From the NCBI GenBank assembly GCA_029259175.1, contig JAPDJH010000001.1, forward strand, positions 160,001 to 224,000: 64,000 nucleotides of DNA, written 5' to 3'. Of the stretch, positions 1-9,506 are shown piece by piece (position 1 is the stretch's first letter; each line of letters starts with the position of its first letter). A model generated the notes under the pieces. That model worked only from the letters and a program-made list of their open reading frames with translations. It was not told where the DNA came from and did not search any database. The DNA comes from Hadesarchaea archaeon. Its GTDB lineage: Archaea > Hadarchaeota > Hadarchaeia > Hadarchaeales > Hadarchaeaceae. The translations under genes and the position numbers were made by a program.

Positions 1-53
1 CGCTGCCAGCCCACTAAAAAGTTTTTAGTTTGGACTCCGCATCTATTCTCGGT

Positions 54-131
54 GCCCTGGTGGTGTAGCCCGGTCTAACATGGAGCCCTGTCGAGGCTCC
101 GCCCCGGGTTCAAATCCCGGCCAGGGCGCCA
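54..131 (+). tRNA. tRNA-Asp(GTC), CCA encoded
   Basis: Acceptor stem GCCCTGG/CCAGGGC, anticodon loop CT-GTC-GA, T-loop GGTTCAAATCC, 3' GCCA. Confidence 0.95.
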
Positions 132-157
132 GTTTTTATCAGGGGCTCCGGGAAGAT

Positions 158-382
158 CTAGCTTGTCGTTCGCTGGCAACGGGGCCTACCCGCCGCCTTG
201 CAGTACCCCCTATCGAAGAGCCTGCTCAGCTTGTGGAAGACCTCTGAGTAAACGACCGCGTTGATGCCCAGCCCTTCCCTCAGCAACGTCCGGAGCTTTT
301 CAATCGCCGCTTTATGCTCGGGGGCGTTCTCAACCTCTGCAAAAATCCAGACGTTCGAGCCAACGATGATCAGCTGAACCAC
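158..382 (-). pseudogene. Truncated PIN/VapC toxin fragment
   Basis: N-terminus IIVGSNVWIF resembles the PIN motif IVDSNVWI with catalytic D changed to G, followed by INAVVYSEV; the ORF ends after 74 aa. Confidence 0.55.
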
Positions 383-562
383 TGCTCCTCCTCGAGCTTT
401 TCAAGCAAGTCCCTTGTGATTTCAACCTTGCTTCTCAGCGGGTGAAGAACGATGTCTCCCAGTAACGGATCATTCCGGGGCACGATCTTGCCCGCCCTTC
501 TAATCACCAGCTCCTCCCCGCCTCCTCAGGATCAAGGACTGTTTCGGCTTCAGTTTCCACAT
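370..562 (-). pseudogene. Frameshifted AbrB/MazE-like antitoxin remnant
   Basis: Manual translation ..EELVIRRAGKIVPRNDPLLGDIVLHPLRSKVEITRDLLEKLEEEQWFS*; its stop overlaps the start of the PIN fragment. Confidence 0.4.
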
Positions 563-603
563 CTCAATAGACATAATATACATGCCTACACAATAATTAT
601 TCG

Positions 604-831
604 ATGGCAAAAACAATCGCGATATCTGATGAGGCTTATGAAAAGCTTGTGAAAATCAAGCTCCCGGGGGAGAGCTTCAGCGATGTGATAATAAAGACTC
701 TGAAGAGAGCAGGACTTTCAGATATAGCCGGTTCGAAAACCGTCACGAAAAAGGAGTGGAAGCGGGTCGTAAAGGCCTTTCAGGCTCAAAGGGAACTCGA
801 TGAAAGGAGAAGGCGGCGGTTGATGAAGTAG
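604..831 (+). CDS. VapB-family antitoxin (DUF217-like)
   Basis: MAKTIAISDEAYEKLVKIKLPGESFSDVI matches the typical KTIxISDEAYxxL..ESFSDVI signature. Confidence 0.85.
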   Translation: MAKTIAISDEAYEKLVKIKLPGESFSDVIIKTLKRAGLSDIAGSKTVTKKEWKRVVKAFQAQRELDERRRRRLMK

Positions 832-840
832 TGTGATCTC

Positions 841-1162
841 ATGTTGCTCTTTGATACGGGTTACCTCATCGATCTCATCAATGGCGACGAGGGTGCAATT
901 AGAATCGCGAACGAGGTTGACGCTGCTGAGGCTTTTCGAAAAAGCCGAAAGGGAGTTGGAAAGATTTGAAATCTTGCCGTACACCATCGAGATAGCGAAA
1001 CTCGCCGCCAAAATTGATGCCGAACTCACGCGGAGAGGCACGCCAATAAGTTTTGCCGATGTTATGATCGCGGCCACTTCGCTTCACCACGGTCTCACCT
1101 TAGTAAGCAGAAACGTGAAACACTTTGTAAGAATCCAAAATCTCAAGATCAGGCAATATTGA
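841..1162 (+). pseudogene. vapC: VapC PIN toxin with internal deletion and frameshift
   Basis: The frame from ATG 841 reads MLLFDTGYLIDLING.. and then stops; a second frame carries the C-terminus ..ISFADVMIAAT..LVSRNVKHF. Confidence 0.8.
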
Positions 1163-1230
1163 ACAATCGAATTTCTCGTTAAAAATAAAACACGAGTTCG
1201 AACCCCGAGCAGGGTACCAGCCATCGAGAA

Positions 1231-1532
1231 ATGGAGAAAATAGAAAGATTCACGAAGGGGTCAAGCTATGAGCGCTTCGCGAAAAACGAAATGCTCCAAA
1301 GCGCGTTTTGAGGGAGCTGATAGTGATAGCCGAGATAGTCAAAGAAAGGCTGTCAGAAACCCTGAAGAAAAAATATCCGCAAATCCCGTGGAGCGCAATA
1401 GCCGGGATGCGGGACAAGCTCGCCCACTCCTATCTCGACGTGGATGTGGATTTCAGGATCGTGTGGAGCGTGGTGAAAGAAGAGCTGCCGCCCCTCAAGC
1501 GAGCCATCGAGAAAATCATCCGCGAGATCTGA
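1231..1532 (+). pseudogene. HepT/DUF86 HEPN RNase, frameshifted near 1305
   Basis: MEKIERFTKGSSYERFAKNEMLQSAF*, then in a shifted frame LRELIVIAE..IPWSAIAGMRDKLAHSY (Rx4H motif). Confidence 0.75.
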
Positions 1533-1602
1533 CTAGGCCCCAAAATGGTTTGAGCATCGACGTTGAGCGAATCGAATGGTGGCATGAACTCAAAAAAGCC
1601 AA

Positions 1603-2769
1603 CTATTTCCTCACCAGCCCCGCGACCAGCTCCACGTGCGGTGTCCACGGAAACATGTCTAAAAGGCGGATCGGTTCCCTCAGCTCATAGCTCTCTTCCA
1701 GCGACCTCAAGTCGTGGGCCATAGTGGCCGGATTGCACGAGACGTAAATGAGTTTCTCGATTTCTGACTTCTTCAGCAGTCTCACGGCTTTCGGATGCAT
1801 TCCCGCCCTAGGCGGATCTACGATCCCAACCGTGGCCTCGAGCCGCTCCAGTTTTTCTACCTTTGCTTCGGTAACCGAGAAATTGTCCACCCCGTTTAGT
1901 TCCGCGTTTCTCCGGGCATCCTCGACTGCAAGCGGATCTGCCTCGATCCCGGTCACCCGCGCGAAGTTATCGCTGAGCGAAATCCCGAAGAGCCCGACCC
2001 CGCAGTAGAGATCCGCCAGAACATCGCCTCCCTCTGCGAGCTCGCGAACCACCTCGACGAGCCGCTCGGCCATCCGGCTGTTGGTCTGGAAGAAGGAGTA
2101 AGGGCTGAGCTGGAACTCGAAATGCCCAACGCGCTCTGAAAGCGGCTCTCCAGCGTATCTCACCACCTTCCCGACCGAGATGTCTGCCGGCCCCTCGTAC
2201 ACCGCCAGCGCGAACCCGGTGCAGCCGAGCTCCTCTCCGAGCCGGCAGAACTCGTCGAAGGAGAACTCCTCCTTGGCCGCCAGAACTATGACCGTGCGCC
2301 TGCCGGTGTTCTTCCCCTCGCGGACAACCAAGTACCGCACTAGTCCTCGCTTTCGCCGCAGGTCGTAAGGCAGTAGGCCCTGCGTCCGCAGAAAATCCCG
2401 GAAGCCGTTCCGGACTCTGTCAGCCTCTTCTGACTGGAGCAGGCACCGCTCGATATCGACTACCGCGTACTTCGATTTCAGCTTTCGCAGACCAATCTTG
2501 GGCCCAGGAGCCACCACGTAGTCCATTCGGTTGCGGTAGAACCACTCCTCCGCGGCTCTCACCGGCTCTTCGAACGAGGCCTCCAGCTCCATTCGCTCGA
2601 AAACCCGGCGAACCCCTTCGACCTTTATCAGGAGCTGTGACTCGTAGGAGTAGTTCTGAAGCGCACACCCGCCACAGACACCAAAATAAGGACATCGCGG
2701 CTCGGCGCGCTCGAGCTTCTCGTCCAGATCAGAAACCACCGACTGCCACATGAGGACTCCCACGTTCAC
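1603..2769 (-). CDS. RlmD/TrmA-family RNA (uracil-5)-methyltransferase
   Basis: CPYFGVCGGC Fe-S motif, SFFQTN, DLYCGVG, DPPRAG, YVSCNPAT, DMFPWTPHVE. Confidence 0.9.
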   Translation of the reverse strand: MNVGVLMWQSVVSDLDEKLERAEPRCPYFGVCGGCALQNYSYESQLLIKVEGVRRVFERMELEASFEEPVRAAEEWFYRNRMDYVVAPGPKIGLRKLKSKYAVVDIERCLLQSEEADRVRNGFRDFLRTQGLLPYDLRRKRGLVRYLVVREGKNTGRRTVIVLAAKEEFSFDEFCRLGEELGCTGFALAVYEGPADISVGKVVRYAGEPLSERVGHFEFQLSPYSFFQTNSRMAERLVEVVRELAEGGDVLADLYCGVGLFGISLSDNFARVTGIEADPLAVEDARRNAELNGVDNFSVTEAKVEKLERLEATVGIVDPPRAGMHPKAVRLLKKSEIEKLIYVSCNPATMAHDLRSLEESYELREPIRLLDMFPWTPHVELVAGLVRK

Positions 2770-3407
2770 CTCTGAAAGCGCTCCAAAACCCGCTCAAGCT
2801 CACGATCCAGCCGCGCCTCGTCATCCACCTCGTTGCGCACCACCACCAACTCCGCTGGTGCGCGCGACCGCAGCTCCTCCTCCGACCGCAGATAGAGTTC
2901 CTCCATGTCGTCATATCGGTAGTATTGCTCCATGATGTCGCTCGGCGCGATGTGGTCGTCAAGGGTTTTCCCGCCCCCCTCCCTGAATCGCCTCACGTTG
3001 CGCTGTACGCACACGTCAAACGGACAGTAAATGTAGAGCAAGAGAGAGCGCCGAAGCACGTCCGCGTCGAAATTTCTTAGGGCCTCCAGATATCGGTCGC
3101 GCGCGAACTCCACAAAGATAACTTTGTCCTCTCGTGCTTCCCGCTTGAGCCTCTGGTTGATCTCCTTGAGCACGTCGTCTAACAAGGTGAAGTCCGTAAC
3201 AACGAAACCGCCCTCCTTTCTGTAGTGGCGTTTGAATTCCTTGTCTCGATCCAGCAGTTCCTTCAAAATCGGAAAATCGTCTATCCGTGTGACTTCCAAG
3301 CCGCGTTCGCTCAGTTTTGCTGAGAGTTTCTTATAAATCAGGGATTTTCCACACCCTGGTCTCCCCAGAAGGAACACGAAAGACGGCATCATCAAAAAAG
3401 AGAGCAT
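2766..3407 (-). CDS. P-loop nucleotide-kinase-like protein (start may be about 3392)
   Basis: N-terminal Walker A GRPGCGKS; lid-like RNVRR. Confidence 0.7.
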   Translation of the reverse strand: MLSFLMMPSFVFLLGRPGCGKSLIYKKLSAKLSERGLEVTRIDDFPILKELLDRDKEFKRHYRKEGGFVVTDFTLLDDVLKEINQRLKREAREDKVIFVEFARDRYLEALRNFDADVLRRSLLLYIYCPFDVCVQRNVRRFREGGGKTLDDHIAPSDIMEQYYRYDDMEELYLRSEEELRSRAPAELVVVRNEVDDEARLDRELERVLERFQR

Positions 3408-3450
3408 TTTTCTTCTTTAAAAGTCTCCTCCAACCAAAGAACTCGCGGGC

Positions 3451-3693
3451 GTGCAAGTGCAGCTCACCATCCTGCTCGTGGTGCTCGGGATTGGGTGGCA
3501 GATCTCTTTGCGATACGTGAAAACCCGTCGGACCAAGCTCGCAGCGCGTCCTTCGCTGGACCACCTCTTGGCCAAGGCCGAGCTCGAAGTGCTCCGAACT
3601 CTGGAGAAGAAGCTGGCGGCCAAACCCGACGACCCGAAGCTCAAAACCATACGGCGAAGGGTGATGGATCTTGAACTACAATCAGGTGTGTAG
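3451..3693 (+). CDS. Small membrane-anchored hypothetical protein, first gene of the pilus-like operon
   Basis: N-terminal hydrophobic segment; overlaps the next ORF. Confidence 0.55.
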   Translation: MQVQLTILLVVLGIGWQISLRYVKTRRTKLAARPSLDHLLAKAELEVLRTLEKKLAAKPDDPKLKTIRRRVMDLELQSGV

Positions 3694-4216
3694 ATCGTTG
3701 TACACGATCTCTCAAATCCCTCCGACCCAGCCCGCACGAATTCGAGAATCGTGGCTGCGGGTGAAAAGGGAACTGGAAATTCTCCGCGCGATCAGCGCAG
3801 ACAGCTTCTTGCAGTCCCTTTTGAGCAAGACCGAGAAAGCCGCTGCCCTTCTCTTCCGCTCCCTGATGGCAAAAAGAGGTGCCATGAGAGAGGAGTGGAG
3901 AAAGATTGCCGAAATGGATGCCGAAAGATTTCTGGACTGCATAAGCGAGCTCCACGAATATCTGGAAAACGAAAAACAGCGGCTCGAACCGCTCTTCTCG
4001 CGTGCATTCTTCGTGTTGAACCAGTGCATCGACCCCCACCGTCTCTTCCAAGAATTGCGAAAGGCTGGAGCTCTGCGAGAGGACACGTGGGCGTTGCTAA
4101 ATCTCTTCGGCCCCAAAGAACTGTGCACGCACCGAGTCCAACAACGCATTCAGTTGCTCGCCCGCTTATTGTTCGAGCTACGGGAGGTTGACACCGTTGA
4201 TGCGGAAAGAAGATAG
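3671..4216 (+). CDS. Hypothetical helical protein
   Basis: 181-aa ORF overlapping both neighbours on the operon strand. Confidence 0.6.
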   Translation: MNYNQVCRSLYTISQIPPTQPARIRESWLRVKRELEILRAISADSFLQSLLSKTEKAAALLFRSLMAKRGAMREEWRKIAEMDAERFLDCISELHEYLENEKQRLEPLFSRAFFVLNQCIDPHRLFQELRKAGALREDTWALLNLFGPKELCTHRVQQRIQLLARLLFELREVDTVDAERR

Positions 4217-4346
4217 AGCTCTGCTGGCCAGACATGGGGCTCAGCTCCAAAAGTTGGGAATCGAGATCCAATGGATACGCCAGAAGCTGGAGCTCTTGGA
4301 AAAGCGCGTTGGCTGGCTCGAAGACCGCATCGGGGGAGGAATTTGA
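4200..4346 (+). CDS. 48-aa coiled-coil microprotein (not in ORF track)
   Basis: MRKEDRALLARHGAQLQKLGIEIQWIRQKLELLEKRVGWLEDRIGGGI*; GGAGG upstream; its stop overlaps the ATPase TTG (TTGA). Confidence 0.6.
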   Translation: MRKEDRALLARHGAQLQKLGIEIQWIRQKLELLEKRVGWLEDRIGGGI

Positions 4347-6526
4347 AGCACTGGGTGTCTCGAGCCGGTGGAGAACTAATCCTGACGGTGGAGTGTCAAT
4401 CATGCCAATCGGAAGGGGCTGTAGAATCTTCCCCCGTATGCCTCAAACACGTGCTGGAGCTACTGAGAGAGAACCCGGATGTCTCGAGAGTCGTGCTTCG
4501 CTCCAAGTGCACGCGCGAGTACTCGGGTGAGGGTCTCGAAATTTTAAAACAACACGCCGAACTCCTGAGAAAGGAAAAGAGACTTCCGTTGATCCAGTTC
4601 GGGGATGGCAAGTGCAATCGCTGCGAGACGCCCAGGCTGAACAAACTGAAACAGGTATTCCACTGCTTGGCAGAGCGACCGGCAGAGGGCGCCAAGCAAC
4701 TCGAACACTTCCGGCGAGAACTACGCTCGAAACTCCGGCGTGGATCGAAGCGGTGCGTTCGGTGCAGGCAACGATTTCTCGAGGAGGTGATCCAGCCGCT
4801 GCTGCTGACTCTCCAGCACAATCAGCTCACCCGTCTTCTCGGCCAGGGCAAAACCATGGAAGAAATTCTGCGACCCCTTCTGCGCCCCGCATTCGTGCCG
4901 ACACGATTCGAACTGGACATCCCGTCCACGGCAACGCTCGTAAGCTCATATGATGTGGGAGAAACCAAAATCCAGATCTACTACAACCGAGAGAAACTGC
5001 AACATCTCTACTTTGTGGTCCCGCCCGAGTACAGCATGCCATGGGAGAAGATAGAGTTGCTGGCCCGCGCGAGGGAGAAACTGCTGGAAGATCCCCCGGA
5101 ATTCGATTCGAACCTCTGCGGGGCCAGACAAAAAGTGAAAAACCGGATTGAAGAAATCCTGCTCGAACTAATAGCAGGAGAACAATGCCCGTGCTCCGAG
5201 GAAGAACTCTCCCTGCTCGCGTCTTACCTGACACGGTTCACCATCGGACTGGGGATCGTGGAGGTGCTCCTCGCTGACCCAAAAATCCAAGACATATACA
5301 TCGATTCCCCCTGCGGCGAAACACCGGTGTACATCAACCACCGGGACTTTCAGGAGTGTGAGACCAACATCTACATGTCGGAGGAAGAACTCGAAGCGCT
5401 CATCTCCAAGCTCAGGCTCATAAGCAAGCGTCCGTTCTCCGAAGCCCACCCGGTTCTGGACGCCCAAGTGGATGAGACCAGAATAACGGCCGTAGGGCCT
5501 CCGCTGAGTCCCGGCGGAATCGCACTCGCCATCAGGCGCCACAAGCCCACCCCTTGGACTCTGCCCCAGATGGTTCGGAGCAAGCTCCTCACCCCCTTCG
5601 CCGCGGGATTGCTCAGTCTTTTGGTGGACGGAAAAACAACGGTGCTCATAACTGGGAGCCGGGGTGCTGGTAAGACCTCACTGCTGGGGGCGCTCATCAC
5701 TGAGATAGCCCCGCGTTACAGAATCATCACGATCGAAGACACGTCGGAACTCCCGGTGCGCCAGTTAAAACGGGCGGGGTACAAGATCGAAAGTCTGTGC
5801 AATCGATCGTCGGTTTCCGGATCGGGGATAGAACTGGGGGTCGAGGAATCGCTCCGAACGGCCTTGCGCCTGGGAGACTCCGTGCTGGTGATCGGAGAGG
5901 TGCGCGGGCCGGAGGCAAAAATCCTGTACGAGGCGATGCGCATCGGAGCCGCCGGCAACACGGTGATGGGAACCATTCACGGATCCTCCGCGCGGGACGT
6001 GTTCGAGCGGGTGGTATTCGATCTCGGCGTCCCACCCACATCATTCAAGTCCACCGATGTGATTCTCACCGTCGCTCCCATTCACCTCCACGGCGGTCTG
6101 TACTGGAAGCGGCGCTTGGTGCAGCTCGTCGAAGTCCGGAAGAACTGGAAAAACGGGACAGAGCCGTCTTTTTACAAACTCTTGGACTATGATGTGTCTT
6201 CCGATTCGCTAAAAATCGGCGGATTGCGGAAATCCGAGGTCTTGCAGCGGGTCGCGCAGAAATGGGGCACTTCCACGCGCGAGGTCCTGAAGAACTTGGA
6301 ACTGAGAGCCAAGATCTGCTCGCGCTTGGTCGCCATGTCGGAAAAACACGGACTCCCGCAGCTGCTGGAGGTCGACTTTGTTGTCCGCTCCAATCTCAAA
6401 TGGCGCGGATATCTTGAACGCTCCTACGGGCGCCGCCCCTCTAACCGTCGGGTATACGCGAAATGGACGAGGTGGTTGGCAAATGAGGTTTCTGATTTGG
6501 AAACGAGAAAAAGAGGAACACCCTGA
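4343..6526 (+). CDS. Type II/IV secretion or pilus assembly ATPase (TadA/VirB11-like) with Cys-rich N-terminus
   Basis: Walker A GSRGAGKT, TIEDTSEL, ALRLG..IGEVRG, GTIHG; TTG start at 4343 after GGAGG. Confidence 0.9.
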   Translation: MKHWVSRAGGELILTVECQSCQSEGAVESSPVCLKHVLELLRENPDVSRVVLRSKCTREYSGEGLEILKQHAELLRKEKRLPLIQFGDGKCNRCETPRLNKLKQVFHCLAERPAEGAKQLEHFRRELRSKLRRGSKRCVRCRQRFLEEVIQPLLLTLQHNQLTRLLGQGKTMEEILRPLLRPAFVPTRFELDIPSTATLVSSYDVGETKIQIYYNREKLQHLYFVVPPEYSMPWEKIELLARAREKLLEDPPEFDSNLCGARQKVKNRIEEILLELIAGEQCPCSEEELSLLASYLTRFTIGLGIVEVLLADPKIQDIYIDSPCGETPVYINHRDFQECETNIYMSEEELEALISKLRLISKRPFSEAHPVLDAQVDETRITAVGPPLSPGGIALAIRRHKPTPWTLPQMVRSKLLTPFAAGLLSLLVDGKTTVLITGSRGAGKTSLLGALITEIAPRYRIITIEDTSELPVRQLKRAGYKIESLCNRSSVSGSGIELGVEESLRTALRLGDSVLVIGEVRGPEAKILYEAMRIGAAGNTVMGTIHGSSARDVFERVVFDLGVPPTSFKSTDVILTVAPIHLHGGLYWKRRLVQLVEVRKNWKNGTEPSFYKLLDYDVSSDSLKIGGLRKSEVLQRVAQKWGTSTREVLKNLELRAKICSRLVAMSEKHGLPQLLEVDFVVRSNLKWRGYLERSYGRRPSNRRVYAKWTRWLANEVSDLETRKRGTP

Positions 6527-7925
6527 TATCGCCCAACACCTTACCGCTCTAGCCGTTGAGCTGGAGATGCACCAGAACCTCGAAGTGGCACTTGTACGGG
6601 CGGCAGAATCACTGGATGAGAAAGCGAAGCCAAGTGGCAAAAAGCTGTTTCGGTTTTTGCTGTCCTCAACCCCTTTGAGCGAGCATCAGCTGGTGGAAGA
6701 ACCAGACAATCCCTCCGTAATTCGAAGGGCGTGGTGCCTCCTCCAGCGCTCCACCAAAATGCGTGAGGGGGAAAACCGCCACCTAACTCTGAACCAGGCC
6801 GTGGGTATGGTGCTCAACGATTTGTGCGAAAGCACCAAAAAATTCGTGGGCAAAACCCATCTCAAAATATTGCTCCTCTACGGGATCGGCGTGCTGGCAC
6901 CGCTGATTCTCGCTGGTTTGATTCCAGCGTGGACCCTCATCGGCGGCAGTGCGAACACGCTCCATATAGCCCTCATATACTGTGGGATCCTTCCTGTGCT
7001 CGTGTTCTGGCTCATCAACCAGATACTGGCCGAACGCCCGCCCCTCATCCAGCCGCCGCAGATCCCCTTGCCGCCGCTCACGCTCAAGATGGTCGGTTTT
7101 GCCCTCCCTTCGCTGGGAATTCTGGTCGCGGCAAGGATTGGCGGTCTGGAAGGGTTTCCGCTCGTGTTCGCGGGGCTGTGGACGGCCGTGCTCGCCGTAG
7201 GGATTGTTCTCATAATCTGGGTGAAGGAACCCTATCTCCGGCGGAAGAGAGCAGAGGAGGCTGAGAGCGAGCTCCCAGACGCACTGCTGGAGATCGGGAG
7301 CATGCTCAAAGAGGGCCTTCCAATCGAAGAAGTCCTGAACAAAACGGCTAAAACCAGAAGCGGACACGAACTCGGCAAAATGGTGAGACGGATACACGCG
7401 ACGCGCCTCATGGGCGAAGACATCGATCAATCACCAGCGGGCGACTCGGTTGTATCAGAGCGCGCGTGGAGGCATTTGCAGATGGTTATCCGCCTCGCCA
7501 AGCGGAGTTCTGAAGCAGCGGGCGGGTGTATAATCCGGATTGCCCACCACTTGAAACGGCTCGAAGAGATCAAACAGGAGATCAAGCTCGCGCTTCAGGA
7601 ACTGACTTCGTCCATGCGCTCGGTGGCCCTCTTCTTCGCGCCGCTGGTGATAGCCATAACCGCACGGATGCACGAGATTATCGAAAAACGCGGGGGCGGA
7701 TTCCTCACATCGACGACCAGCGGCTCTGCCGGGGTGGTCGCCGCGTTTGGGGCCTACTCGGTGATCCTCAGCGGGCTGTTGCTGTACTTCGCTGTGGGAT
7801 TAGAGCTGGGCGACGATCGCATCGTGAAGCGGTTGGCTGTGGGGATCGGCTGCATTATCGCCTTGGCGGTTTTTACACTCAGCTGGATGGCCGGGGGCGT
7901 CCTGCTCACGTTCTTGGCCGTTTGA
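6483..7925 (+). CDS. Type II secretion F/TadC-like membrane platform protein
   Basis: Multiple transmembrane segments, AESELPDALLEIGSMLKEGLPIE motif, directly follows the ATPase. Confidence 0.8.
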   Translation: MRFLIWKREKEEHPDIAQHLTALAVELEMHQNLEVALVRAAESLDEKAKPSGKKLFRFLLSSTPLSEHQLVEEPDNPSVIRRAWCLLQRSTKMREGENRHLTLNQAVGMVLNDLCESTKKFVGKTHLKILLLYGIGVLAPLILAGLIPAWTLIGGSANTLHIALIYCGILPVLVFWLINQILAERPPLIQPPQIPLPPLTLKMVGFALPSLGILVAARIGGLEGFPLVFAGLWTAVLAVGIVLIIWVKEPYLRRKRAEEAESELPDALLEIGSMLKEGLPIEEVLNKTAKTRSGHELGKMVRRIHATRLMGEDIDQSPAGDSVVSERAWRHLQMVIRLAKRSSEAAGGCIIRIAHHLKRLEEIKQEIKLALQELTSSMRSVALFFAPLVIAITARMHEIIEKRGGGFLTSTTSGSAGVVAAFGAYSVILSGLLLYFAVGLELGDDRIVKRLAVGIGCIIALAVFTLSWMAGGVLLTFLAV

Positions 7926-7962
7926 CCTTGGAAATTTAAACAGGAAAAACCAGAGTTTACTC

Positions 7963-8799
7963 GTGAGACGGATGGAGAGGGTGACCACCGCCACGTTTCG
8001 CGAGCTAAAAGCCCGCGGAGAGCCGATAGTCATGGTCTCCGCGTACGATTATCTGACAGCCAAATTCTCCGACGAGGCGGGAGTGGACTCAATTCTCGTG
8101 GGGGATTCGCTTGCCGGCAACGTGCTGGGGTACGCCAACACGCTTCCGGTGACGATGGAAGAGATGCTGCACCACACACGGGCGGTGGCCCGAGGAGCAC
8201 GCAGGGCGCTGGTGGTGGGCGACATGCCGTTCATGTCGTATCAGGCGAGCGTCGAGGAGGCCGTCCGCAATGCCGGACGATTCGTGAAGGAAGCGGGGGC
8301 GCAGGCAGTAAAGGTAGAGGGCGGTTCGGGCGTCCACGACAAGATCGAAGCAATAGTGAAGGCGGGCATCCCGGTCATGGGGCACTTGGGCCTGACACCC
8401 CAGTGGATATACCAGCTGGGAGGGTACAAGGTGCAGGGGAGGTCTGCGAGTGCGGCGAGACAGCTCGTGCGCGAAGCCCGATTGTTGGAGGAGCTCGGTG
8501 TCTTCAGCCTGGTTCTGGAATGCGTTCCGTGGCGAGTGGCGAAACGCATAACCAGAAGCCTTCAAATCCCGGTCATCGGATGCGGGGCGGGGCCCTACTG
8601 CGACGGCCAGGTGCTTGTTCTTCACGATTTGATCGGGCTCACCGAGAAGACCCCGAAATTCGTGAAACGCTACGCCGAGGTGGGGCAGATCATAAAAGAA
8701 TCCCTTCGGCGCTACCGGGACGAGGTGAAAAAGCGCGAGTTTCCCACTCTCGCGCACTCCTACGGAACAAAAAGGAAGAAACGGACTCAACAAGTTTAA
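7963..8799 (+). CDS. panB: 3-methyl-2-oxobutanoate hydroxymethyltransferase
   Basis: SAYDY, ILVGDS, VGDMPFMSY, VKVEGG, MGHLGLTPQ, DGQVLV. Confidence 0.97.
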   Translation: MRRMERVTTATFRELKARGEPIVMVSAYDYLTAKFSDEAGVDSILVGDSLAGNVLGYANTLPVTMEEMLHHTRAVARGARRALVVGDMPFMSYQASVEEAVRNAGRFVKEAGAQAVKVEGGSGVHDKIEAIVKAGIPVMGHLGLTPQWIYQLGGYKVQGRSASAARQLVREARLLEELGVFSLVLECVPWRVAKRITRSLQIPVIGCGAGPYCDGQVLVLHDLIGLTEKTPKFVKRYAEVGQIIKESLRRYRDEVKKREFPTLAHSYGTKRKKRTQQV

Positions 8800-8845
8800 A
8801 TAAATGCGTGTTGAAGACTAAGCGATTGATAAGGGAGGTGAATGG

Positions 8846-9010
8846 ATGGCATATGTGGTAAAGTCGATGGTTAGAAAGTTGCTCAAAGGGATGAGGGCGA
8901 GTGAGGACTTCTTCACCAGCCTGGACGCTCTCGTTGCTGACCAGGTGAAGAAAGCAATTCAGCGAGCAAAGGCGAACGGTAGGAAGACTGTCCGAGGCTG
9001 CGACCTCTAA
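8846..9010 (+). CDS. Short histone-fold protein, DUF1931-like (54 aa; not in ORF track)
   Basis: MAYVVKSMVRKLLKGMRASEDFFTSLDALVADQVKKAIQRAKANGRKTVRGCDL*; strong GGAGGTG Shine-Dalgarno; RKTVxxxDL histone motif. Confidence 0.85.
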   Translation: MAYVVKSMVRKLLKGMRASEDFFTSLDALVADQVKKAIQRAKANGRKTVRGCDL

Positions 9011-9016
9011 AAGCCC

Positions 9017-9042
9017 TCATTCCTTCATATTTTTTCTTTTTT
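9017..9042 (+). terminator. T-rich archaeal-type terminator between the convergent histone and aIF5A genes
   Basis: Pyrimidine/oligo-T tract directly after the stop codon. Confidence 0.5.
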
Positions 9043-9430
9043 ACTTGACCCGCTCGATTTTTCTTCTCCCCAAAGCCTGGATGTACTCTACTTCGACGCC
9101 TTCCTTGACCTCGCCGCGCAGATTGATGGGAATCGGAAGTTCGAAGGTCTCATATGTGTTCAAATCCATGAGCTGCGCGTGAGTGCCCACAACCGCCAGC
9201 ACCTGCGCCGAGCCTCTCTCGATGATGGGGACTTCCACCGTTGCGCTCGTGGGGCGAATTATGGTGTGCTTCTGGGAATCGAACAGGCCGATCGCGTCGA
9301 TTTTTGCTTTGGCGTGGCCGTGCTTCCCTGGCGCCGAAACAGTGATGCCCACAATCCTGCACGGCTCGTTGTCGATGATAACGAATCGGCCCTCCTTGAG
9401 CTTTCCAACTTCAACGACCTCCTTCGTCAT
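9041..9430 (-). CDS. eif5a: Translation factor aIF-5A
   Basis: Hypusine-site motif PGKHGHAK. Confidence 0.97.
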   Translation of the reverse strand: MTKEVVEVGKLKEGRFVIIDNEPCRIVGITVSAPGKHGHAKAKIDAIGLFDSQKHTIIRPTSATVEVPIIERGSAQVLAVVGTHAQLMDLNTYETFELPIPINLRGEVKEGVEVEYIQALGRRKIERVK

Positions 9431-9506
9431 CGCGACACCTTTTTCTCATATCCGAACTCGTTTAAAAAAGTGGCGGCGAAGTTAAAAACTCGGTCTTGAA
9501 ATTTGT

